DNA from: Lingula anatina | Lineage: Eukaryota; Animalia; Brachiopoda | Length of the DNA: 64,000 nucleotides | Assembly (NCBI GenBank): GCA_051362555.1 | Contig: CM120643.1 | Coordinates: forward strand, 24,742,848 to 24,806,847 | Direction: 5' to 3' | Part shown: positions 30,101-41,529 of the stretch, piece by piece | Numbering within the stretch: position 1 is the stretch's first letter | Layout: each line of letters opens with the position of its first letter | The notes under the pieces: model-generated | The model's database searches: none | Seen by the model: the letters and a program-made list of their open reading frames with translations, nothing else | Told to the model about the DNA's origin: nothing | Program-made: the position numbers and the translations under genes

Positions 30101-32914
30101 GGATACACATATGCATATGCATGGTATATGGGAATACAAACGTGTACATACAGCATATGCAAAATGGCAACAATAACGAGATCCACTATGCATTTTTCAA
30201 AGTTAACTCACCCAGGCCACTTCATCCCTGAAAGGCAGTTCGTGGTAGTCGCACATGCATGCATACATATGAGAGAAGCCCCCACAAGGCCCTCTGTCTC
30301 GTCCCTCTATGTCTTTGATCATGTCATACATGGTTTTTATTCTGTCTGGGGGAGTCACTTCTATTTTGTTGATCATTTTCCTAGATAGATAAAAGTTTTC
30401 ATAAATCACAATAGAAAATTTAGATTTTTGCATTTAATCTGACTTTACAGTTTATGTACTGGGACTTAATCTGACTTTACAGTTTATGTACTAGATACTT
30501 AATCTGACTTTACAGATTATGTGCTAGGGTTTTAAATAGACTTCTATTTCTGTATATTTCTTATAATATTATGTACTGTCCACTCACTCTAACTGTTGTG
30601 TTGGAAAGATGGCCTTCAGTGTGGTCCCTATATGTGTGATCATGTGATCCACCTCCTCAGTCTGAGGTTGTAATGTGTGGAAGGTCAAGGTCTGAGATGC
30701 TCCTCCCTTGGGTGACACTGTCAAACATAGCTGAAATAGAACCAATAATTGATCATCCATGGCATGTTTATCTGTCAATCTAATAGCATTCAACGTGAGT
30801 CCCTGCAAAGTTGGATCAATCTACGTAGAACAATAGGTGAATAATTGGAAAGAAGTCCTTAGTATGAGGTTTTACTTTACATTTCAGAGTCTGCTTACAC
30901 CCAGGAATATTTGGCCTCATAATTGTACATCTGGGCCTGGCTTCAAAAAAGTCCTTTAGCCTCAAGTTTGGTTTTTATATTTTTAGTCTGCAGGATTTTT
31001 GGCCCAAGAAATATCTTTCAGTAGTCCAATAAAAGGAAAATTATTCTCATTTCATAGAAAGACATAAATGACTTATGATTAAGTTCAATACTTACTTTAT
31101 TTGAATGCACTACAGCAGTAGTTGGAACAAGATTTATTTTCCAATTTGAAGTTGACCAAAATGTTTGGTACAAAAAGTGTTTAAGTCTTTGTTCAACATA
31201 CCTCTGGCCTGACTTACCTGGTTTTGTTTCTTGCTTTCTATGTTCTGGATGTCCAGGTAATGGACACTAAGGTCAATCTATAAGTAAACAAATAGGGTTT
31301 CATTGGATTTTCTTTTCTATTGTTCCCTACTGTATTAGTATGGTAATTACTAGATCTTTTCTATTGGGGGGAGGGGGTGAATTTTACAGATGCTGTATTT
31401 TTTAAGTCCTAATTTCTTAGAATTAGAACATTCTTATTGAGTGGTTACAACATGAACATTATTAAAAAGAGGCTGCTTTATAGTTTTATTCTATGCAGTA
31501 AAAGCACCACAAATGCTATATAAAAATATTATTTTTGTGATTATAAAATTATGTAACTGGATTTTGATTTTTTTTTTTTGCCCATTTAAAAGATCTAGTA
31601 ATTAGCACATATGTTACTAGTCTCTGTACTGCATGAGTACATATGTATTATACCTGATACCATGAGTTTACCATGAGTTGCATTATTTCACACAATCTAT
31701 TCTGCTTGCAAATATGACATAACATGAAATGAGATTATTGCTTAGTCAATTTTCAAACTTGCCCCCTTTTTCTAATCTTTAACTTTTGGGGAGAAGGTTA
31801 TTAATTCCCAATGTTCAAATTTATGGAGTCATTACGGTAACCATACTTCAAGAAATAAGATGCAGGTTATTTCCTTTATTCAATTCAAATTAAAATCCAC
31901 AAAATGCAGTCATATATAAAAAAAAATTTACATTACCAACTAAACTATTTGGAATGGCACCACATTCAACAATGAAGAAAGTTTGGTATCTCATGAAAAA
32001 ATGTCAGTTATGAATAAATATACAAATGTCTTTACAACACAGAAATCAATTTAACTATACATACTTACCTTAGATGGGACTTTGGCTGCCATTACATACA
32101 ACCGACAGGCAGTGAAGGCCTTAGGGAAGCAAGCAAAAGAGAAAAGTGAAGCTTTTTAAAGTATTTGCATGTACTAGTAATATCACATTAGCAAATATAT
32201 ATATATATATATCTGTAAACAGCTCTGCCAGTTACAATATTACAGAGTTGATAAATAAAATTCTTTCCAGTTATAATGTTACAGTGTCTTTAAATTAATT
32301 AAGGTGCACTTAGTTTGCATAGAATTACTCTTTTCAAGTGTTTTCAAAAATGAATTCGTTTTGTTTACACTTTTGCCAGTAATGATAATTTATGTTATAT
32401 GCTTCATACTACTTCATACAGGCATGAATGATAAATGTTTTTGCTGTTTACAAATCGATTCAGGCATAATACTTCTGATATCAATTATTAATAACAGCAA
32501 TATTTAAGTGCACTACTCAAAACAAATCAGACATCATAATACACACAAATCACTGCCTAGGAAATGAATGAGTCATCCCAACTCTGTTCCATTACCAAGA
32601 CTTGCCCATTTAGAGGGGTGTATAATTACTGTAACCCAGTAAGCCAAAGACAGCAATTCTAAAGCTTGATATACATTTTACCACAGGAAGCAACAATGGA
32701 CTAAATTCCCATTAATATTATGAAGAAAAACTTTTTTCATTAGCAGAATGTTATTTCTAATCTACTCAGGTTTCTATGTAAAGTGCTAAACAATTATCAA
32801 ACATCAATAATTATGATAAAATAACAAGTTGACTGCTCACACTCCTGTGCAAGTGATCATAGTGCATCTTGAATCTTAGTCTTCTGATATGCCAATGCAG
32901 AGGTGTTATGTATG

Positions 32915-32957
<43 letters not shown>

Positions 32958-35900
32958 ACACAAGCAATCATGCATGCACACACATATGAACATACACACT
33001 GTATGGACCCTCTAACTTACGAGGACTTTGGTTTCAGTCTTGTCTCCCTTGGTCTCCATCTTCATCATCCTCTTGATGGCCACCTTGACCTTCTTGTCCA
33101 GCACCTCACGCATGCTGTCTGGAAGGGCACACAGAAAATAGGATTAATAAATGAATAATGAGAGAGAGTGAGAAAGAGAAAGAGAAAGAGAGACTCAGTA
33201 GCAATTCAGCTTACTGGCAGATCAATACAAAAGTCGGAGAACTTCAATGCAAATAGTCATGCTACTTAGCAGAAAAAGCAAAGTTATACAACAGACTTCC
33301 TCTGACTTGTCACCTCATCAATTGATTTATCATTATTTTGAACAACTGTTATGGATATATATTTTCCCTTAATATTAGCTGAATTTATGAAGACTAGCTA
33401 ACTTTAGTGTTCCCTTAACTAAAACAAATTTTCTGGTCTCAAAGTTTCCGATTTATACATATATATAATGCAAACTTGTAGAACTCTGTGTGACAGCCTA
33501 CTAGTATTTGACATTATTTTTTTTAAGATCATAGTTTTGTCTTTCACCAGACACTGCACCACAAGAATACAGCCTATGGACTGTACGACTGGGAATATGT
33601 ATATGTACCAGGGGCGGATTTAGGCCGTCTTCTGGGTCTTCCAGAAGACGGTCAGATTTTTAAGTTTACATTGAGGGGTATCTAATTTTTTCTGTCAGAA
33701 GACGGTCAAAAATGGTGGATAGATCAACAAAGATAATTTGGAAGACTGTCAGAAAATATCTCTGGATCCGCCCCTGCTGTACAGTAAAATCCAAATATTC
33801 AAATATTCAATATAACGACAGTGCCAGACACCAAAGAGAAGAGACCTGAGCTGATTCACTGTGCATGGTACTGGTCAGTAGAGTGTGATCTTATATACTA
33901 GCACATGCACTCTGAAATTAACATGTCTTTTCCATTATTCTACATAATTTTTAAAAATCTTACTTTTTCTGATGGCTCATGATATGCTGCCACAAGTGCA
34001 CACAGATTTTACCAACATTAAGTAATCTAAGTTTCATCTTTTGAGAAGTTACAGCAAACTTACAATCACAGTACAGAGACCCAGGGTCCTGCTCCAAGCT
34101 GCTGTAGAATTTCAGGCAAAAACTGTTACATAATTCAAAAGATATGTTGGGTTCAATGGTGCTGTAATGCAATTGGAATGTCAACCTTGCTAATCACGTG
34201 GTATTACTTATGTGGGGGTTAGTATACAACATTTACTGTAGTTGCCAAATATTTATTCTTGAAATGCAGAACAAGGCTAATAAAAATAGTGTAATTTGTA
34301 AAACCAGCTTGTACTCAGCATGTAAGAATGAGAGAAAAAGAAAATAAATATTTTGGGTGCTTGACTGGAAAATGGAAACTCTTTAACATCAGCGTGGGTT
34401 GTGGGACATTGGACAACAGTGTGTTAACAGCCATGTTGGGCATTCTTTACCAGAGGCCAGCTGGGGGATGACATCATTTTGTACAGACATATGCCCAGCT
34501 CAGCTAGTGACTAGCCAGAGAAATACTGTGAATATCTGAAATGAAGAATGAACCTGGTTGAGGGCACTTCTAGGGAAAGATTTCCAGATGTGGAAACCTC
34601 TAAGGAGGGAGTGGGAAAAATCTAAAATCTGCTTACCCCCCCCCCCCCCCCCCCAAACACACACACACATTCACACCTTTCCCAGGTTGCATGATTTCAA
34701 CTGGAGTAATTTGGGGCCTCTTGTAATACTAGTATGTATGGAATATAGTCTTTTCACCTCTTTCAGGAAGAAACAATGGGTGGACCTAGATGTATCATTT
34801 TTGTCAATCTCTCCCATAACAAAACTGGTGCTCAGCTAAAATGAACTACCAATTGACAAAACTAATTATAAGCAGAAATGAAATTTCTTGTGGCACAGTG
34901 GGTTCCCGCAATAATCCTCACTTCGCACACAGATGACCTGCTGGCGAAATAATTTAGTTGTCTGCCATGATGACACCATGTATCATGCAGTCTAAGGTCG
35001 CGTTTACAATGAATCTGTTATACTAGCTGCTGCCCCTGAACTGCACGGGGACTCTTGCTGAATGCAATCATATTAACAGACTAGCAGGCGTCCCCTTGTT
35101 TCTAAGGCTCTATTCCCATAGATTTTAGATCGATCTATCCCTGTGGGGAGTCTCACTAGATTACTGTCAGATAATCCGGCTTAAATGTCCGTACCGCCTA
35201 CTACAAGCTGTAAGGTGGTAATTAACTTTCGCGCCTGCTCAGCTGACAGCTATTTAGCTTGAACCCCCGGGGAGTTAGGTCGATCTAGTTTGGATCGATC
35301 TATCTCTGGGAATGGGGTCTAATATGCCTCCTCTTGTTTGCAACAGAAGTACTTGTATAATCACCAGCTTTTCTATATTCTACTCATCGTCATGAGGAGG
35401 CACGTTAGTCTATCAACCTGATTCAATTCAACGAGAGCCCCTGTGTAGTTAGTGCACAGTAGCTAGCACTAGTATGATAGATTCATTGTGATCACACTCT
35501 TATTTGAAAACTTTACAGTCTTACTGCATCCCAAGTGTGTATAATAAACCACTAAATCATAAGACTGTACAAATTACAGCTGCATCATATCCTGCATTAG
35601 GTATACATTTGTTGCTATAAACCTATGTATTTGTCAAAGACAAGCCTACCTGCCACTGGACAATTCAGTATGCTCCAACAAAAAAATGGATGACTAAATC
35701 AGTTTACCAAGTCCACCTTATCAGGTTTTTTTTTTTTACCTATCCTGCAGATAGACTTAACGATAAACAGATACGTAGAGAAACATGATGTTTCCAAGAA
35801 GAGATAAAAATGTTTGCTGTGGATTGAAGCAGGATACATCTCTAGAGATAGTGCCACACTTTGTCTTGTATTTAATGTTAGGTTATAGCTTGTTGCAAAA

Positions 35901-36713
35901 ATTATAATTGCTAACCTTCACACACTATTATCCTCATACCAGTAATCAATTTGGTAACCTTAGATGGCTTAGAAATATCATTTTTGTTTGAAAGTAGTAA
36001 AATACCTACTGTTCAGATGATGTCAAATGGCAAAGAAAAAGTCCTTCCACTGTTTTACCACATAGGCTTTAAGGTACCCCCAATACTTTGCAGTCAATTT
36101 AAAGCACTGTATAAAGTTATAAATGTGTACCAGAGCTGGTATCAGATTATCTAAATATGAGCCCATACACTCCTTAGGACACAGCATTATATAGTTTTGG
36201 TCAATTATAGTTGCACCTTATTGTAGTTTGTCACATCCCACTGTCACATCATGGTGTATGAAGCCATTTTAATATGCCTAAGACATGGCATGGATTTGAC
36301 TTTTTAGACTGACCTCAGATATTTGGCTATGAACACAGCCTCCATCCTACTAGTATTTGTAAATTTTTAGGTACCGGGTATAAAAACAATTTTCTTAAAT
36401 TACCACAATTCATGCTGATATTGCACTGCAATCTTGGAGTGAAAATTCAGAGTTCTGGAATACTCTGAGTGGACAGGGGTGCCCAATCTTATGTATACTT
36501 GTACTGTAACAACTCTTGAAAATACACACCTATTTCTGTAATTAATAAGAATGTTAGAAATACTTCAAATAGTCTAAATATACTGCACCAATTTACAAAA
36601 AAAAAAAAAAAAAAAAAAAAAAATTCCCTGCTGCTAGCCCCCCCCCCTCTCCTTTAATTTAAGAATAGGGAAAACCATAACCTTCATCAATTCTAAATTT
36701 TCAAAACTAGACC

Positions 36714-36744
<31 letters not shown>

Positions 36745-38606
36745 ACACACACATACACATTCCCCAAGCTCCATTTTTAATTATGGAGGGCAATCTACAA
36801 GTAAAAATCAATACTTCCAGGTCCAAAGGTTCATCTATCATAAAACAAGTAACCAACTGAGAGATATATCTAATCAAGCACTGGGGGGGAGGGGTGGGGT
36901 GGGTGTGTATATCCATTCTTGAAGGGGTGTGTTCTTGACAGGTCTTTTTCTCCAACTCTTAACTGTTGTACTGGAAAGAGGGCCTTCAGTGTGACCCTAA
37001 TGTGTGTACTAGTAATCATGTGCCTACTTTTACTTGCTCTTTGTTTCTTGGCTAGCACCCATTTTGACCACTGATAATGTTCTTTCCCTAACTACTATAT
37101 TAGGATCCCAAGCATGCTCATGTAAGTAGCTAGTTGAATGTATGTAAGTAACTTTAGTAATGCAAACTGTGCTGCAAGTTAGGCATTTAAACATAAATCA
37201 CTTAAATACAGACTAAGAGTGTGAAGAAAAAAATAAAAGGCACTATTTTTAAATAAAAGACCACAACTTAAACACTGAAGACATTTAAACTGTGCATAAT
37301 ATCACCATGATAATGCATAAATAAAACCCTAAATTATCCCAGCCTCTAATCACAGGAATTCCTCTAATGATCATAAATCACTATTTAATAGCAGACAATA
37401 ATTGACATCAAACCCTGTCCTCTCACCCACTAACACAGCCCTCCAGCATAAACAGAGGAGACCGAGAGAGGTCTGCCAGAACTACATCCAGTTTATCTAT
37501 ATCTACAGTAACACTGAGTATCTGAAGCCAACAAAACCTTGGCAAATGCCAATTGGTTTTTGTTTTCAAACACATTATGTTTTGTATGCTAGGAGTTGTC
37601 AAATGGTATCCATGTATATGGATTACAAGTAAGAACCTGGTAATGGAGTCAAAAAGGATTCAAGATTTTTATGATCATTTATGAAGGTGACATTGTTGGT
37701 AAAAATTGCACCTTAAATATGTTTACTATTGCGTCTTCTTTACCTGTCACTTTTTATTGGGTCCCATTTTTTATTCTCATCTGCTTATCAAAAACACAAT
37801 TTTCTTCATCAAATTAATGGTTAACTGGTAAAAGGCAATAACAATAGTTTCATGAAATTTTCCTAAGCCAAATAAAATACATTCTAGTTAGCAAAAATCT
37901 CAACTGACCTTTTTTAAGATGTCATCAATATCTGTCTATCACCTGGGTACTATGATGACTGTAATATCTGTACAAATAGGACACTCCTTATAATCACATA
38001 TAATCCACATGATACTTCATAAACTTATTTCACTTTCTCACAGCCCTTTTTTATACCTCATCCAATAACCAAACCCTTTTTCTTTTAAAAGATTGTACTA
38101 GTAATATAATGTACTTGGAATACATGAGAAAATATGTAGCAGTCATAGGCTTAGGCAGTTTTTACCAGTTAATTAAGACAAATCAATGGCAAGTGTAATT
38201 TTCTCAAAAACTTTACTATTGCCTTGGTAAAAAGTGAAGTAATTAAAAAATTGTAAGACTGACAGTGTTATGCTTTTCAACTTAATTCCTGTCTGACAGT
38301 CCCCTTTTATAGTTACTCGAACACAAAAATATCAAGTTGTTTTCTGGTTGAAACATGAAGAGAATTCTATACAGGTAAGACTGGATTTGTGCCAAGTAAC
38401 TGCATACCTGCAGGAGACAGGTAGACAACAGAAGACAAAATGGCAATCAAAGCAGCAGAGCAATGAACTGTACTAATGTGCTACTGAAAGTTTGCAAGCT
38501 TGTGCATCAAAGAAAACTACTAAATATATCTGAAATGTCTGCATAGCTGTTGAAAACATTTCAATCATATACTTTTGGATCTTTATGTAAACATAAATGA
38601 ATTAAC

Positions 38607-38638
<32 letters not shown>

Positions 38639-41182
38639 CATCAGACTTTTCACTTTGTCTTTTGTAACTCTTTTGCCAACTGAATACTAGTAATCATTTT
38701 GTAAAAAAAATATCAAGAAAAAACTTCTGAAAAACAAAAGAGACAAATGATCACTGATTTGATAAGCTGAAGAGGTAACTGCTGATAACAAACAACATGG
38801 CTGTGTGCCCCAGATGCAGGTAAATTATTTTACCTATGGTGAGTATAGGGACAGTACAACCAGGAAGTAAGGGGACATCACAATTAACCAGGAAGTTCAC
38901 ACACTTATATTTTATAACACCTCAATCTGATAAAGAAACAACATCTTATGTAAACAAGATCTCAAGTTTGCAGAGTTACTATTCTACCCAAATGACCCAT
39001 TTATCTTGGAAGTAATGGAATGTTACGAAGATATGAGGTCATACAAATTTGCTGATTTCTTAACTAGCCAAATGACAATTGAAGGCAACAGTAAACTAAC
39101 ACAGAAATTCTGTAGGAAACATTTCTCATTCTTTAGATATGTAGTAGCAACTGGCAAAAATATAACATGCCACTGACCAAAAGAGAGTACAAAATGGGAC
39201 TTTCTTAACTTATTATATTCTATGTAATCATAACTGAGTGTGTAACATATATGATATTTATGACAACTTGACAAGTCATATGAATTTGTGACTGTCACCT
39301 GTGACTTTTGGGAAGATGATAAGAAGATACAAAAGCGATGGTGACAACTTTTGGCATATCATCAACTTAAAATCCTGCAAGCTTGGCAAAGTTTATTATG
39401 CATGCATCTCTTATATATGACACATGAAAATGATATGTGATTATTACTTATTCAATTATCTGTATTCTGCTGCCCATCAATGGCATAACAAAGAGAAAAG
39501 CCCTGTCACTAGCTGCACAGTTAGAAATGAGCTAAGCTGACTCATTTTACTAAATTCTTACAGTTTGGTTATCAAAGTTATGAGTAAGTCTTAGCAGAAA
39601 AAACACCTTACTAGTACTAAATTATCTTAATTAATGATTCTCCTGCATGTAATTTTTTTTGTTTAAAACCGATCCTGCAACAATGGTCCACTTCTCTTCC
39701 CACTCCCAATTAGATAAAAATAAACATATAAATTTATATTTTTATAAGAGATTTCTCACAGAACTACTGAATTATACTAGTATGTCACATATTCACTACT
39801 GACATGAAAAGTCAGTTCTGGGATTAAATACGCTACAGATTATCATAATCATCAATTTACCATTTAGATTACGAAAGAGGAATAAACTAACTGAATATAA
39901 TCAACATATAACTATATACAATTGCATGTTGCTGCAAAAAACAAATGAATGAATGAAATCTTTTAGAGTATTTGGCCTATTATATGATTGTATGATTTAA
40001 CAGTCTTATCCAAAAAGCTTAATACAATATTTCTCCTCACTGACAGTGATATAGTAGCTCACTGGAGATCAATATTATTCTTTCCCCAGACTTCCCTGTA
40101 TTATTGTGTAACTGATTCTTAAATATAGCTATGAATTATTGAACTTGATAATGGTGTCAGAAATTTGCATATATCAGGACTTAAATCAGAGCTCAATCTT
40201 GGCAACAAAAGTTACTGAAGGATACCTAAAAAGCTAATTGTACTATAAGATGCATAAGTCATGCATAAGTCATGCACTACAAAATGAGTTTGAATCTTTG
40301 TGGATCATGGAGAAGATGAATTCTACATGTGGATTAGTAACATGAAACTGATAATAAACCGATAAAGTATGAAACATGACAACAGCTCATGGCTTGAGAG
40401 GATTTAACCTAGGTTTGCAAAAAGAAGATAAATTGCTTCTTTGATATGATACCTGATGACACTTTTTATCTGATCTTAAATTTTCCATTTCTACAGTACA
40501 TAAATTTGTAAACACATTATAGAATTTAATGGGTTTGATCTACTAGTATTAAATGATCATTTGCCTTTCCTAAATAAAACCATGTGAATACCTGCACACA
40601 AACACACATACACTGTATATACCTCCCCCCTTTTCAAAATCTATGGGTGTGATGGTATACAAGCAATTCACTTAATAACAACAATTTTGCAATGCAAGTG
40701 TCCTTAGCAGATATATATTCCATTTCATTACTGTCCTCTCATCTTATCTCTATTGGGCAACAATACTGTTATCTATTACTAGACAACAGCAATATTACTC
40801 ACACGCTTTTGTTAGTGTACATCTTTTTTTTCTAAAGGCAAGCACATGACCTGCAGTTACACTTTCAACGTGTGCACGAGTCTTCGAGACAAGACCTCAG
40901 AAAGACATCTTTGCACGTTTTTCACCCCAGGATAAATGAAAAATACTGACAACACTAGTCATCGTGACCTCGCAACGCTCTTTGCTGCAGGTGAAAGTTG
41001 CAGACACAAGATCGCCTGCATGCACTATCTCAAATAGCATTTGCTGTTTTTTTTTTAAGGTTGAACACACGACTAACTTGCAAAGGCTTTGCTACAACAG
41101 ACGGGTCGATTTCATTCGTTTACTTTGGTGAGAAACAAAACAGCTTACCTTGAATATCTTTGGGAATATTAGTGCCAGCCAT
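7513..41182 (-). CDS. CARMIL: CARMIL / LRRC16 family (capping protein regulator and myosin-I linker), multi-exon; ~2284 aa with the giant exon, ~1716 aa without
   Basis: Exons in transcript order, all phase-compatible: 41149-41182, 33021-33118, 32069-32119, 31218-31277, 30588-30730, 30212-30380, 29811-29884, 29326-29401, 28891-28979, 28566-28660, 28020-28210, 27683-27760, 27203-27390, 26785-26936, 26325-26424, 25758-25812, 25376-25479, 24695-24832, 24232-24325, 23867-23965, 23478-23606, 22560-22676, 21907-22082, 21374-21461, 20779-20919, 18155-18224, [15345-17048], 14529-14642, 13854-14103, 13640-13744, 12972-13492, 12259-12416, 11720-12110, 10691-10864, 10270-10428, 7513-7982. Diagnostic peptides: PH-like N-terminus [52 protein letters not shown]; linker [33 protein letters not shown]; LRRs (e.g. 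[32 protein letters not shown]); CPI-like [11 protein letters not shown]; CSI-like ESVDGFF; [12 protein letters not shown]; Pro-rich tail. Tail exon boundaries are less certain than the LRR exons. Confidence 0.93.
12503..12577. repeat. (TA)n microsatellite
   Basis: Pure AT dinucleotide run of ~75 bp. Confidence 0.97.
14015..14074 (-). other. Capping-protein interaction (CPI) motif of CARMIL
   Basis: [20 protein letters not shown] fits the LxHxTxxRPK-type CPI consensus with N in place of T; CSI-like ESVDGFF follows in the same exon. Confidence 0.85.
15345..17048 (-). CDS. Giant (1704-nt, 568-codon) low-complexity CARMIL exon, cassette or alternative terminal
   Basis: Acceptor tttcactgccag|AT at 17048; frame is open and matches the upstream exon (phase 1); ends at a weak donor CAAG|gttgat (15345) immediately before an in-frame TGA (15340-15342). 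Contains the 509-aa ORF of the supplied track. Confidence 0.75.
20152..20233. repeat. (AAAT)n microsatellite
   Basis: Direct reading. Confidence 0.95.
22765..23440. repeat. CAYAC/CCATA-type simple-repeat region with a 40-bp minisatellite (x4) at 23271-23430
   Basis: Unit CATTTCCTTCTAYTGTATACCACTCCATACCATACCAYAC at 23271, 23311, 23351 and 23391; looser pentamer repeats upstream. Confidence 0.9.
25815..26090. repeat. ~35-bp minisatellite, ~8 copies
   Basis: Unit ~ATAGGATACTCAGGGTACATGTCTGTATTATCAAT repeated next to the exon-16 acceptor. Confidence 0.85.
30434..30530. repeat. 32-bp tandem repeat x3
   Basis: TTAATCTGACTTTACAG(T/A)TTATGT... three times. Confidence 0.85.
32920..32954. repeat. 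(TC)n microsatellite
   Basis: Direct reading; similar (AG)n runs at ~12184-12209 and ~27162-27187. Confidence 0.95.
33609..33776. mobile_element. hAT-like MITE, 168 bp, CARMIL intron 1
   Basis: Perfect 11-bp TIR CAGGGGCGGAT / ATCCGCCCCTG; internal repeats of GAAGAC(G/T)GTCA; TSD imperfect (ATGTAC / CTGTAC). Confidence 0.7.
34996..35499. mobile_element. Harbinger-like MITE with long imperfect TIRs (outer element)
   Basis: TAA|GGTCGCGTTTACAATGAATCTGTTATACTAG ... CTAGTATGATAGATTCATTGTGATCACACTC|TTA; inverted similarity extends further inward; interrupted by the inner element. Confidence 0.65.
35106..35319. mobile_element. Harbinger-like MITE nested in the previous element
   Basis: TIRs GGCTCTATTCCCATAGA...TAGATCGATC / GATCGATCTATCTCTGGGAATGGGGTC with exact TAA target-site duplication (35103-35105 and 35320-35322). 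Confidence 0.75.
36955..37050 (-). pseudogene. Decayed copy of the 3' part of CARMIL exon 5 within CARMIL intron 1
   Basis: 36960-36993 matches 30590-30623 at 31/34 nt; translates [21 protein letters not shown] versus [19 protein letters not shown] in the real exon. Confidence 0.7.
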
Positions 41183-41529
41183 AGCGGATGATATTGACAG
41201 ATATATCACGAATCCGCTCCTCTTATATTCACAATTATTACAGTTTCTCAGGGGTTCATTTTAGCTAAACATCAACACGGAAATGAGAGGGAGTGTCGAA
41301 AAAGGAAGTCAACTTGATGACGTCATCGCTGTATATCTGCGAGACTACTAAGACCACTCAGTATCTGAATATCATGTCAAATATTTTTTTATATATTCAG
41401 ATTATCGAAATTAATAGTCATGGTACGTTTACTATATAAGTTGGTTCGAAATTAAAATATTTGAATAAATGATATTGAATAGGCCCGCAGTCTTATCAGC
41501 GCTCAATTTGATTGGGTGCTAAAACAAGC
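41183..41529. promoter_or_regulatory. Putative bidirectional promoter, CARMIL (-) / COQ9-GLMN (+)
   Basis: 347 bp between divergent start codons, locally CpG-retaining. Contains palindrome GATGACGTCATC (41316-41327, CRE core TGACGTCA), ETS-like GGAAGT (~41304) and ATTGG (reverse CCAAT, ~41511). Confidence 0.7.
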
